Source of the DNA: an uncultured delta proteobacterium | GTDB taxonomy: Bacteria; Desulfobacterota; RBG-13-43-22 | Length of the DNA stretch: 64,000 nt | Assembly (NCBI GenBank): GCA_963790475.1 | Contig: CAWBOS010000012.1 | Span: 384,001 to 448,000, forward strand | Reading direction: 5' to 3' | In this document: positions 18,834 to 28,862 of the stretch, piece after piece | How positions within the stretch are numbered: position 1 is the stretch's first letter | How the letters are laid out: each line of letters starts with the position of its first letter | Program-made: the position numbers and the translations under genes | Notes under the pieces: generated by a model | Told to the model about the DNA's origin: nothing | The model's input: only the letters and a program-made list of their open reading frames with translations | Database searches by the model: none

Positions 18834-19586
18834 ATGAAAAAAACGACCAGAACCGTTCAACAACCAGAGATTGAAAAAAAAACCTCGATGGTGGAAAAAA
18901 TTGTTTTAACCCTCAGGAAAGAAATAATCTCTGATGATTCATTGGCAGGCAGCTCGCTTTCTGAAAAGAAATTGTCCCTTCGTTTCGGTGCCTCCAACCA
19001 CACTATTCGCGGGGCATTGCAGACCTTGGCCAGAGAGGGATTAGTCGAGATCGCACATGGCCGCGCAACCAAAGTTAATGATTACAAAACTAATGTAGGC
19101 CTTGATGTGTTTCCGGATCTCCTTATCACCTGTCCGGAGATCATAACGCCGGATGTATTTTCCGTGTATTATCAATATATCCTCTGGTTCTATGACAAAA
19201 TCATTATTGCGGCTACCCGAAAAGCGAAGCCCTTCCACAAAAAGAAACTCATGAAAATTGTTTCGGCCTTTAAAGATGATATGACCGGTGAAGAATACTG
19301 GGAAAATCACACCCTTTTTTTTCGCGAGCTTCTAAAAATAGGTGATAATGTCTTGTTAATGATGTTTCACAACTCCCATGTCAGAATACGCCAAAGGCTC
19401 GGGGAGTTGGGGCTTATGAGGGAGCTGAATTTGCCTCCTACTTATCATAAAGAGACCCGTGAGCAACTGGTGGAAGCCATTTGTGGCAACCATGAAAAAC
19501 GGGCCTTGGAGGTTGCCAGGAACTATAGAGAATCGACGGAAAAATCCGTGGAAAGGACCTTTAAAAAAGCCAATGTCTTTTTATAA
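18834..19586 (+). CDS. GntR family (FadR-like) transcriptional regulator
   Basis: wHTH LSEKKLSLRFGASNHTIRGALQTLAREGLVEIAHGRATKV; FCD-like C-terminus. Confidence 0.85.
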   Translation: MKKTTRTVQQPEIEKKTSMVEKIVLTLRKEIISDDSLAGSSLSEKKLSLRFGASNHTIRGALQTLAREGLVEIAHGRATKVNDYKTNVGLDVFPDLLITCPEIITPDVFSVYYQYILWFYDKIIIAATRKAKPFHKKKLMKIVSAFKDDMTGEEYWENHTLFFRELLKIGDNVLLMMFHNSHVRIRQRLGELGLMRELNLPPTYHKETREQLVEAICGNHEKRALEVARNYRESTEKSVERTFKKANVFL

Positions 19587-19691
19587 AGACGGATAAACTC
19601 CCCCGATTTCCTTTGTAACCCCCCTGTTACCTCCTGATATAAACCCCTTTCCTGGGGTATTTTTTCTCTGCGGCCCAAGGCAGTGTTTTCA

Positions 19692-19746
19692 CTTGACAGA
19701 CCAATTCGGATTCATATAATTTGGTTTAACTCATTACATAAGTAAT
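19692..19746 (+). promoter_or_regulatory. Promoter and operator of the Fe-S protein pair
   Basis: CTTGACAGACCAATTCG GATTCA TATAAT ... ATTACATAAGTAAT (operator at 19733-19746), the same operator as at 18279. Confidence 0.8.
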
Positions 19747-19880
19747 GATATTAGATTTAATACTTTTAATTCCCCGACGTGTGCTGCGGGGAATTTTCCC
19801 TTTGAAATCGTTGGCCAAGGTTCAGACCTCCGGGAAAACCCCTTGAATAGACCCTATCATGAAATAAGGAGAGAAGGACG

Positions 19881-21035
19881 ATGGATGAAAACATTCGTAA
19901 GGCCGAGGAAATGATCAAAAAAAAGATCGATCCCATTTATAAAGAAGTGTCCAGACGGGTCCAGGCCGGACTGGAGGACTCCAAATATTTTCCCTGGATC
20001 ATGGAAAGACTGATGAATGTGGACCAGGCCAGGTTGGTCCTGGCCCTGCCGGACCAGGAACGGGATAGTTCCCTGGTCCGATTGGAGGTCTCCCAAAAAT
20101 TTGCTGAGAAGCTGCATCTCGATAAAGAATCGGCGGACAGTTATGTCCGAGAACTATATGAAAAGGGACTTCTTTTTCCGACCAGTAAGGGACCGCAGCT
20201 TCCCCGCAGTATGGGACAATGGCTGGATACCCAGAATAATATTCACTATGACCAGGCCTTGGGAGATGAATATTATGCTCTGATCGGTTTATTCAGCGAT
20301 TTTGAACTGGGGCCTCCCCGGGAGGAGCGAATCGCCCAAAGAATTGCCGCCGGTTTGCGGGGCACCTCGGGGATCATTCCCCGCTGGAAGGCCATCAAGG
20401 ACATCCCCGGGGTTCTGCCGGGAGAAGACGTCCGGGAGCTGCTCAAGGTCCAGGAAGACTTTGCAGTGCTCCACTGCGCCTGCCGGAAAAGATATAAAAA
20501 CCGTGAGTGCGGAGTGCCGGAGGAAATGTGCCTGGTGGTCGGCAAGGCCGCGCTCTACAACATCGACCGGAGGGCCGGCCGGCGGATCAGCCGCGAAGAG
20601 GCCCTGGATCTGCTCAGCAATGTAACGGCCAAGTATCCGGTAGTTCATGTCGGAACTCGAACCAATGACCCGAAAAAATTCCGCGGGGTTATTTGTAACT
20701 GCCACTATGACTGTTGCGAAGTCCTGAGAACACCTTGCCTCATCGGCAGTAAATACCCAATTACCGAATATTATGCCAAAAGCCGTTATCGGGCCACCGT
20801 TGACCCGGCCAAATGCGTCGGCTGCCGGATCTGTGTGGATAAGAGATGCCAGTTCGGGGCGGCCCAGATGAAATTTTATCCCGAATACGGCCAGGAACGG
20901 GCCTTTGTTGACTATGAAAAATGCATGGGCTGCGGCTGCTGTGTGGAGACTTGCCCGAAAGGGGCCCATGGTATGAAGCTGGTTGAGCCCCCGGAATCCT
21001 TTGATGGCGATTCCCGGATGAATTTAGATACCTAA
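19881..21035 (+). CDS. Cys-rich 4Fe-4S dicluster protein (wHTH-like N-terminus, CxCR...CNCHxDCC domain)
   Basis: CACRK, ICNCHYDCC, CVGCRICVDKRCQF, CMGCGCCVETCP. Confidence 0.85.
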   Translation: MDENIRKAEEMIKKKIDPIYKEVSRRVQAGLEDSKYFPWIMERLMNVDQARLVLALPDQERDSSLVRLEVSQKFAEKLHLDKESADSYVRELYEKGLLFPTSKGPQLPRSMGQWLDTQNNIHYDQALGDEYYALIGLFSDFELGPPREERIAQRIAAGLRGTSGIIPRWKAIKDIPGVLPGEDVRELLKVQEDFAVLHCACRKRYKNRECGVPEEMCLVVGKAALYNIDRRAGRRISREEALDLLSNVTAKYPVVHVGTRTNDPKKFRGVICNCHYDCCEVLRTPCLIGSKYPITEYYAKSRYRATVDPAKCVGCRICVDKRCQFGAAQMKFYPEYGQERAFVDYEKCMGCGCCVETCPKGAHGMKLVEPPESFDGDSRMNLDT

Positions 21036-21072
21036 CACCCGGAAAACCCGGGAGTGATTTAGGAGGAATAAA

Positions 21073-22149
21073 ATGAATTTCATTGATCCCGTTTATCAAG
21101 AATTGGCGACAAAAATCGGCAAACCAGATCTAAAGAATTTACCGTACCTTCTGGCCAAACTGGCCGATGAGGAGGAGGCCCGGATACTGAACGAGCTTTC
21201 GGCTTCAAGTGAGGTCATTGCCGGGAGGTTGAATATGGACCGGGAAGTAGTAGACCGGCGTCTGAAGTCCTTATTCGATAAGGGGCTTGTTTTCTCAGGC
21301 AAGACCGGCTGGCACCTGATTCGCTCCTGGGGCGCATTACACGACAGCGCCGGATCGGCCGATGTGGTTAAATACCCCGAGGTTTTAGATAAGGCCTTTT
21401 TTAAATTGTTGCAGGCCACCAGCGAAGAAGACCGGGGGCAGAGGGTTGAGGATGTAATCAGCGGCAAGGCCCCGTTGAAAAGGAGTATGCGAGTCATTCC
21501 CCGCTGGCGGTCGATCAAGGATATGCCCGGCCTGCTGCCTTATGAAGACATCCGGCAGATATTCAAAGCCGCGGAACCGATCGCTATTTTACCTTGCGCC
21601 TGTAAAAGGGCCGAACCGGACAGGGCCTGTCAAGACAACATTCCGGAAGTCACCTGTGTGACCTGCGGCCGGGCGGCCCAATACAACCTCAACCGCGGGG
21701 CCGGGAAAAAGCTCAGCTACGATGAGGTCCTGGAGGTTTTTGAAGGATTTGACCAGCTTCAGCTCGTTCATTTGGTCGGGAATAGCAACCGAATGCCCTC
21801 GTTGATCTGCAATTGCCACCATGATTGCTGCGGGCAGTTTTTGGTCAACGCCAAGGCCCAGGAACGTCTCAGTCAGGATGTCATAGTAAAGAGCCGGTTC
21901 ATCGCCACCATCGACCCGGAAAAGTGCAGTGGCTGCGGGCTGTGCCAGGAAAAGGGATGTCCGATCAAAGCAGACGAAATCCGTTTTTACCCGGAGCTTG
22001 GCCGGGAAAGGGCCTCTATCGATGCTGAAAAATGCATCGGCTGCGGACTGTGCGTGATTAACTGCCCTTCGGAGGCACGAACAATGAAGATGGTCCGGCC
22101 GCCGGATTATATTCCAGCACCCGATGGGATGAGCGGGGAAGCGGACTAA
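21073..22149 (+). CDS. Cys-rich 4Fe-4S dicluster protein, paralog of 19881
   Basis: CACKR, ICNCHHDCC, CSGCGLCQEKGCP, CIGCGLCVINCP; shares IPRWxxIKDxPGxLP with 19881. Confidence 0.85.
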   Translation: MNFIDPVYQELATKIGKPDLKNLPYLLAKLADEEEARILNELSASSEVIAGRLNMDREVVDRRLKSLFDKGLVFSGKTGWHLIRSWGALHDSAGSADVVKYPEVLDKAFFKLLQATSEEDRGQRVEDVISGKAPLKRSMRVIPRWRSIKDMPGLLPYEDIRQIFKAAEPIAILPCACKRAEPDRACQDNIPEVTCVTCGRAAQYNLNRGAGKKLSYDEVLEVFEGFDQLQLVHLVGNSNRMPSLICNCHHDCCGQFLVNAKAQERLSQDVIVKSRFIATIDPEKCSGCGLCQEKGCPIKADEIRFYPELGRERASIDAEKCIGCGLCVINCPSEARTMKMVRPPDYIPAPDGMSGEAD

Positions 22150-22851
22150 GACGCAAAGGAGAAAAAGCCTATCCGGAACCAAAATTTTTCTTTGAAAAAA
22201 TGACGTAAATTCGGAAAGGAAAATGAGATGTCTGACAAGCTCGAAATTAGAGACGGGCAGATTTTTGGGGCCTGGCGCCGAACGGTCAATTCGGCCATAA
22301 TGAGAAAAGGTTCGATCCATGATGCTTCGCATATTGAGAACGATAAAATAAAAACGATAGAAGGGCGGAAGATCATATTCCTGCCTAAGGGAACCCTTTC
22401 CAGTCAAACTGGAGAGAACCGATACGGATCGCGGAGCGCCATGGGTGTCCAATGTAATTTCTGCTGAAGCGTCGGTAAAAATCGATCTTTTCCCTTGGGC
22501 GATATCAATAAAATGAACAGGTAAAAAGTGGTCCTTCCCCCACCAGAGGTAATTCAGGCTTTCGATCCCACTTAAAACCATAGGATCGGCTTTTTTGCGG
22601 GAATTAGATCAATGGGGTTTCGACGATTTTTTGCGAACTCAGCAAATAGTGTCGGGTGTTTTTCGGGGTCTCCAATTAATTTTCCTGAGCGTTTTTTTTC
22701 GCTTGACAACACTGGGGGACCGTACTATTAAACTCTGTTAAACCCTACCTGCCGGTCGACTTTGAACAAAAAATGATAAAGAAATAGTGAGGTAAGTTCG
22801 GCAAAAGAACGTTTTGTCTTTAACATCAAAATTTTAAAGAGGAGGTTTAAC

Positions 22852-24273
22852 ATGAAAACGGGTAAAGGAATTTTAATGCTTTTCTGTGTTCTTTCTTTTT
22901 TCTTCCTTTTAACAGCCCTGAGTTCGACCCAGGCCACGGCGGCGGTGAAAGCCAGATTTGATGTCAACAAAATGGCTGACATGTCCGACTTCGATCCCAA
23001 CAACTTTCCGAACCCCACTGGCGATACCATCAAGATCGCTATTGTGGCTACCTTTTCCGGTCCGGCAGCGGCGGTGGGGGAAGGTTTCTGGCTCGATGCG
23101 ACCTGGGCCGCCTATGACATCAACAAGAGGGGCGGCCTCATGGTAGACGGCAAAAAGAAGCTGGTTCAGCTTTTCAAGGCCGATACCATGTCGAGACCTG
23201 ACCAGGCCAAGAGAATCTGTGAGCAGATGGTCCTGCAGGATGGGGTCAAGTTCCTTTGGGGCGCCGACGGCAGCCACATCGTGAAAGTCATGAACCAGGT
23301 GGCCAATAAATATAAGGTCATTTCCGTGAACATGATTTCCTTATCCGATGAACTTCAGGATTCCCAGAATTTTTCCCGCTACGCCTTTATGACCTGGTGG
23401 CAGACTTCACAGGTCGGCCGTGCTTTCGCCCATTTTTACGCTCAAAGGAAAAAAGAGAAAAAATTTTACATTATGTGTCAGGACTACATGTTCGGCCATG
23501 ATATGGGAGAAAACTTCAAAAAAGCCTTAAAAGAATACTATCCCGAGGCCCAGGTAGTTGGCGAGGATTATCATAAACTCTTCCTGACCGATTATGCCCC
23601 TTATATTTCCAAGATCAAGGCCTCCGGCGCCGAGGTCGTATTCACCGGGGATTGGGATCCGGATGCCACCAACCTGCTCAAACAATCCCGAAACATGGGG
23701 CTCAACATTCCTTTTGCCCATATTTATATGGGTAACCCGGCCACCCTGGCTTCCCTGGGGGTTAAAGCGACCACAGGCCTGGTGATTGCAGGCCCTTATG
23801 GGAGAAAGAATCCTGCTTTCCCCGCCAATGATCCGAATAACTATGTTAAATACTGGAAAATGATGGAGGATGCCCATAAAAGATTCAAAGCGCCTTATAA
23901 TGGAGTGCAGTACTCGCTGGGGTGGGATCCCTTGGCGATGGAGTTTGATTGGCTTCTCAGCGTCATCGAAAGGGCCGGGAGTACGGACCCCGAAAAGATC
24001 ATCAAGACCTGGGAGGGAGATAGTTATGAATATGTAAACGGCCATATCAAAACCATGCGGGCCTGCGATCACAATACGATCGAGGATTTTTATGTCACTG
24101 AATATGTCCCACCCGATCAGCAAAAAGTCTCTTACAATATTCCGCCCTACCATTGGACCGATAAAAGTGCCTATTTTGGACCCACTGTCGTGATACCGGC
24201 GGAAAAAGACCTTCCCTGGATGGACCCGAAGCTGGACCGCTGCCGGGGGAAGAATCCCGCTTCGGCGAATTAA
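22852..24273 (+). CDS. ABC transporter substrate-binding protein (branched-chain/Peripla_BP_6 type)
   Basis: Signal peptide; TIKIAIVATFSGPAA, DINKRGG, QDYMFG, DYAPYISKIKASGAEV, MRACDH. Confidence 0.88.
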   Translation: MKTGKGILMLFCVLSFFFLLTALSSTQATAAVKARFDVNKMADMSDFDPNNFPNPTGDTIKIAIVATFSGPAAAVGEGFWLDATWAAYDINKRGGLMVDGKKKLVQLFKADTMSRPDQAKRICEQMVLQDGVKFLWGADGSHIVKVMNQVANKYKVISVNMISLSDELQDSQNFSRYAFMTWWQTSQVGRAFAHFYAQRKKEKKFYIMCQDYMFGHDMGENFKKALKEYYPEAQVVGEDYHKLFLTDYAPYISKIKASGAEVVFTGDWDPDATNLLKQSRNMGLNIPFAHIYMGNPATLASLGVKATTGLVIAGPYGRKNPAFPANDPNNYVKYWKMMEDAHKRFKAPYNGVQYSLGWDPLAMEFDWLLSVIERAGSTDPEKIIKTWEGDSYEYVNGHIKTMRACDHNTIEDFYVTEYVPPDQQKVSYNIPPYHWTDKSAYFGPTVVIPAEKDLPWMDPKLDRCRGKNPASAN

Positions 24274-24355
24274 ACAAAAATCCGGAGCGTGAGGTGTTTG
24301 GTGCCTCGATTGAATAACTAAAAAAATAAATTTGAAAAACAAAGCAAAACCGTCA

Positions 24356-24394
24356 CCCCAGCGAACCCAGGACCTAATCGGCGGTTCGCTGGGG
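24356..24394 (+). terminator. Intergenic stem-loop after the binding-protein gene (terminator or mRNA stabiliser)
   Basis: CCCCAGCGAACC...GGTTCGCTGGGG perfect 12-bp stem. Confidence 0.55.
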
Positions 24395-24540
24395 AACAAG
24401 ATTAATAAAATATCCCCCAAAAGTGGATTTCGGTTTAGCCGGAAAGGCATGAAAAGATTTTGATCACTTTTCAGCCGGAGTCGCTTAATTTTGCACAGGT
24501 GCGTAGCCATTCGGCCATTTTTTTTGAAAGGTCCTAACCA

Positions 24541-25419
24541 ATGAGTCCAACAACTGCCATGTATGTTTCCCAGGGGATACATGGGATCGCTTACGGCATG
24601 GTGCTGTTTCTGGTGTCATCCGGCGTTACCCTGATCATCGGCATGATGAACATATTAAATTTGGCCCATGCAGCCTTCTTCATGCTTGCGGCCTATTTTT
24701 GCTATGAGGTCATAGCACTAACCGGAAATTTCTGGTTGGGTTTGCTCCTGGCCCCGATCTTCACCGCTATCTGCGGAATGCTCATGGAAAGATTTTTGCT
24801 CCGACCATTAAGAGGTTATGGGACCATAGGGGAATTGATCCTAACCGTAGGGGTCAGCTTTATCATCATAGCCATGGTCAAGGTCATCTGGGGCACTTCC
24901 AGCCTTCAGGTTAAGGTTCCTCCTTTGCTGGCTGGATTAATCACTATTTCCGGTCTGGAATATCCGATCTATCGACTTTTTGTGATTGGAATGGCCCTGC
25001 TGGTTTTGGGGTTTATGGCCCTGTTTCTGTATAAGACCCGGGTGGGCACTATCGTTCGGGCGGCGGTTTCCGACGGGGATATGGTCAATGCCCTGGGGAT
25101 TAATATCCCTTTGCTCTTTACCTTCGTTTTCGGCGTGGGTATCTGGCTGGCCGGGGTGGCCGGGGTGGCCATAGCCCCCATATTGACCGTTTTTCCCGGC
25201 CTGGCCGACCAAATGGGTATGGATGCCTTTATTGTGGTGGTAGTGGGAGGATTCGGAAGCCTTACCGGGGCATTTATGGTGTCCATTATTTTCGGCTTGC
25301 TAAGTTCCTACGGTGTTCAGTTCCTTTCCGGGATGGCGCCTCTGTTGATGTTTATCTTTATGGCCATTGTCATGATTTTTTGGCCCCATGGTTTTTTCGG
25401 AGAAGGTGAAGAAGAATGA
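24541..25419 (+). CDS. ABC transporter permease (LivH-like)
   Basis: GIAYGMVLFLVSSGVTLI, LNLAHAAF, AFIVVVVGGFGS. Confidence 0.9.
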   Translation: MSPTTAMYVSQGIHGIAYGMVLFLVSSGVTLIIGMMNILNLAHAAFFMLAAYFCYEVIALTGNFWLGLLLAPIFTAICGMLMERFLLRPLRGYGTIGELILTVGVSFIIIAMVKVIWGTSSLQVKVPPLLAGLITISGLEYPIYRLFVIGMALLVLGFMALFLYKTRVGTIVRAAVSDGDMVNALGINIPLLFTFVFGVGIWLAGVAGVAIAPILTVFPGLADQMGMDAFIVVVVGGFGSLTGAFMVSIIFGLLSSYGVQFLSGMAPLLMFIFMAIVMIFWPHGFFGEGEEE

Positions 25420-26387
25420 AAAAAACCTTAATATGGATTTTGTGGATCGCCCTGGGTGTGGCCTTGTTATTCATTCCCAAAATTTTTGGGATCTACTATA
25501 CCAATTTCTTTGTGAGCTTTGCCATTATGGCCGTTTTTTCCCAGTCTCTCAATATAGAGCTGGGTTACGCCCGGCTTCTTAATTTCGCGCCTGCCATGTT
25601 TTTTGGGACGGGGGGCTATGGGACGGCCCTGGCCCTGCAGCATATCCCCGGGTATGCCTCTTTTAGGGGCCGTTTTATGCGGTATGTTTCTGGCCGCCTT
25701 ATTGGCCCTGATTTTATACACCCCTGATCGTCCGGGTCAGCGGTACCGCCTTCGCTATGCTCCACGTCGCCTTTTCCATGCTCCTGTATATGATGGCCCT
25801 GAAATTGAGGGGCATCACCGGCGGGGAAGACGGGATCGGAGGGTTTCCGACGCCGCCGTTCAACATCCCCGGAATTATATCCATAGACATGACGAATCCC
25901 CTTAATTTTTATTACTTTGCCGTAGCCGTCCTGGGGATCTGCTCTGTGGCTCATGTGGTTTATCACCAAGACTCCCTTTGGGCAGGTTATGGTCGGCATA
26001 CGGGATAATCCCAAGCGCATCGGTTATCTTGGCTTCAGGGTGCCGGAAAGCAAGGGCGTGGTCTATATTATAGGAGGGGCCTTTGCCGGGGTGGCCGGTG
26101 CCGTCTATGCCCTGTTTCAGAACCTGATTTCCGTGGACGCCATCAGTATGGTGAACTCCTTTATGCCGATTTTGATGGCCCTGGTCGGCGGGATAGGGAC
26201 TTTTTTCGGTCCGATCCTGGGTGCAGCGTTTTTTCAAGTGGTTGAGGAAGTAGCCCGTCACTATACGGATCGGATTGAGATGGTGATGGGCCTGATGCTC
26301 GTCATTATTGTTCTGTTCGCCCCCATGGGGTTTATGGGGGTATACCGGGATTTAAAGGCAAAATGGGCAGCCGCCCCCAAGAGTTAA
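25416..26387 (+). pseudogene. ABC transporter permease (LivM-like), split by three +1 frameshifts (pseudogene or sequencing error)
   Basis: LivM motifs are spread over the frames of ORFs 25416, 25603, 25757 and 25953. Removing one base near each of 25653, 25719 and 25942 restores one ORF. Confidence 0.8.
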
Positions 26388-26402
26388 TTCGGAGAAGGTC
26401 GG

Positions 26403-27176
26403 ATGAATATACTGGAAACAAAAGGTCTTTTTCATGATTACAGCGGTTTGAAGGTGTTGTTTGATGTCAACCTGCAGGTTAAAGAAGGGGAACGGCATGC
26501 CATCATAGGTCCCAATGGAGCCGGGAAAACGACCCTCTTTAACACCATAACCGGGACTTGCTGCCCCACTACGGGAAAAGTGTTCTTTAAGGGCAAAGAG
26601 ATAACCGGGTTCCCTCCTTATAAATTGACCCGTTTGGGTATGGGGCGTTCTTTTCAGCTTACCAGTACTTTTGATCGGTTAGTGACCTTTCAAAATGTAC
26701 GACTGGCCATCCTTTCCCAGAAAGGCGTCCGCTTTAATTTGTTCCGCAAGGTGGATAAAATGATGGATGTAAACCAGGAGACTATGGAAATCTTAAAACG
26801 GATTAATCTGGAAAAGGAAATGATGATGCCGGCCTCCTTATTGTCCTATGGAAAACATCGGTCGCTGGAGATCAGCATGGCCCTGGCCACCAATCCGGAT
26901 CTGATCCTTCTGGACGAACCCACTGCCGGCATGTCCCGGGATGAAACGCATACCGCCGTTGAAATGATCAAGCGGCTGACCGAGGGTAAAACTGTGGTCA
27001 TTATCGAACACGATATGGATGTCGTCTTCTCCCTGGCGGACCGCATTACGGTCCTTCATTATGGACAGATTCTGACCACCGGAACCCCGAACGAGATTCG
27101 GCACAATCAAGCGGTCAAGGATGCCTATCTGGGAGATTCGGAAAACGGCGGCATAACAACTAGGCATAGTGCATAA
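26403..27176 (+). CDS. ABC transporter ATP-binding protein (LivG-like)
   Basis: GPNGAGKTT, MGRSFQ, LLDEPTAGMS, IEHDM. Confidence 0.92.
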   Translation: MNILETKGLFHDYSGLKVLFDVNLQVKEGERHAIIGPNGAGKTTLFNTITGTCCPTTGKVFFKGKEITGFPPYKLTRLGMGRSFQLTSTFDRLVTFQNVRLAILSQKGVRFNLFRKVDKMMDVNQETMEILKRINLEKEMMMPASLLSYGKHRSLEISMALATNPDLILLDEPTAGMSRDETHTAVEMIKRLTEGKTVVIIEHDMDVVFSLADRITVLHYGQILTTGTPNEIRHNQAVKDAYLGDSENGGITTRHSA

Positions 27177-27248
27177 TAATTAAGAGGCTACAATAGCCGA
27201 TCTGATATGCGAAAATCATAGTTTGTGCGCTCTGCGCAAGGAGCAAAA

Positions 27249-27962
27249 ATGCTACTGGAAGTCGATGATCTGAATACCTACTATGGAACGAGCCATGTCT
27301 TACAAGGCATCTCTTTAAACGTTGATGAAGGTGAAATTGTCGCCCTTCTGGGTCGAAACGGCATGGGGAAAAGTACCACTCTGAAAAGTATCATGGGCCT
27401 GGTCAAACCGAAATCTGGAAAGGTCGTTTTTCAAGGAAATGAAGTTACCGGTTTTCCACCTTTCAAAGTGGCCAAGGCCGGTATCGGCTACGTCCCGGAA
27501 GAGAGGAGGATATTCCCGAAGCTTACTGTTTTGGAAAACCTGAATTTGGGAATAAAAGGAGGGAAAATTTCCTCGGGAAAGAATCCTTGGACCGTAGAGA
27601 GGATCTTCGAACATTTTCCCAAGTTGAAGGAAAGGACCGAGCAGAAAGGAAGGTTTTTATCCGGCGGTGAACAGCAGATGTTAACCATTGGTCGTGCCCT
27701 GATGGGGAATCCCGCTCTTCTGCTGGTGGATGAACCTACGGAAGGGCTGGCCCCGCTTATGGTAAAGGAGGTCAGGGATATCCTGGGAGAAATCAATAAA
27801 AAAGCCGGCGTTTCCATTCTTCTGGTGGAGCACAATATTAGCGTGGCCATGTCTCTGGCTAACCGGATTTACCTGATGGGCAAGGCCCATGTTGGATTTT
27901 CCGGTACCAAGGAGGAGTTAGAAGCCAATAAAGAGGCCCGGGAGAAATATCTGGAAGTTTAA
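27249..27962 (+). CDS. ABC transporter ATP-binding protein (LivF-like)
   Basis: GRNGMGKST, LSGGEQQML, DEPTEGLAP; ATG 27249 has RBS AAGGAG. Confidence 0.92.
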   Translation: MLLEVDDLNTYYGTSHVLQGISLNVDEGEIVALLGRNGMGKSTTLKSIMGLVKPKSGKVVFQGNEVTGFPPFKVAKAGIGYVPEERRIFPKLTVLENLNLGIKGGKISSGKNPWTVERIFEHFPKLKERTEQKGRFLSGGEQQMLTIGRALMGNPALLLVDEPTEGLAPLMVKEVRDILGEINKKAGVSILLVEHNISVAMSLANRIYLMGKAHVGFSGTKEELEANKEAREKYLEV

Positions 27963-28235
27963 ATCAAATAATATGTGGAAAACTATCTAAGAAAATATTA
28001 CTTGCCATTTGAAAACCCGATTTTCTGATTCAAAAATCTTCTATCTCATTTTCCCTGTCCAATGAATTTAGCAGCGCCAAGGCCGTGATATGTCCTCTTT
28101 TGTTTCCTGGGAGGACTTTTACTCCTTGACACCGAATGGATTTATTCGATAAAGTTTTAATCAAAGCGTGTTGAATTTGGGTGGTTAAGTTTGATCTTTT
28201 AAGAATAGAGTGCGGTCTTATTTTTTTGAAATGAA

Positions 28236-28340
28236 ACTGGATACTGGATACTGGATGCTGGATTGACTTTATCCAGAATCGAGTATCGCTTTTTGTTTTT
28301 TTCAAGTATCGGTAGTTTGATCCTGCATCGAGTATCGTCC
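28236..28340. repeat. Intergenic heptamer tandem/inverted repeat
   Basis: (ACTGGAT)x3 GCTGGAT ... ATCCAGA ATCGAGT ... ATCCTGC ATCGAGT. Confidence 0.75.
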
Positions 28341-28435
28341 GGCCAGAAGTCGTCGATCTCGCGTTTCAGAAAACGTGAGAGATAAATTCTCAGATAACAA
28401 ATTGTAAGAATCAAATATTCAACAAGGAGAAACGG

Positions 28436-28852
28436 ATGGAACGTACATTGTCAATTATTAAACCCGACGGTGTGGCCAAGGGGCTGATCGGAGAGGTCCT
28501 TAGACGATTTGAATCCAACGGGCTTAAGGTGGCGGCCATGAAGATGATTGCTATGAGTAAGAAACAGGCCGAGGGCTTTTATGACGTCCATCGGGAAAAA
28601 CCATTTTTTGAAAGTCTGACCGATTTTATGTCCTCCGGACCCTGTGTAGTGCTGATCCTCGAAGGAGAAGGGGCTATCGACAAAAATCGAAAACTGATGG
28701 GGGCTACCGATTATACTAAGGCCGACCCCGGGACCATCCGGGCCGATTTCGCCAGCAGTATCGAGAAAAATATCGTCCATGGTTCCGACGGCCCGGACAC
28801 GGCCCGTTATGAAATCGGGTATTTCTTCAATGCCCTGGAGATTGTTGGGTAG
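28436..28852 (+). CDS. ndk: Nucleoside diphosphate kinase
   Basis: [34 protein letters not shown]. Confidence 0.97.
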   Translation: MERTLSIIKPDGVAKGLIGEVLRRFESNGLKVAAMKMIAMSKKQAEGFYDVHREKPFFESLTDFMSSGPCVVLILEGEGAIDKNRKLMGATDYTKADPGTIRADFASSIEKNIVHGSDGPDTARYEIGYFFNALEIVG

Positions 28853-28862
28853 TTTCGTACCG

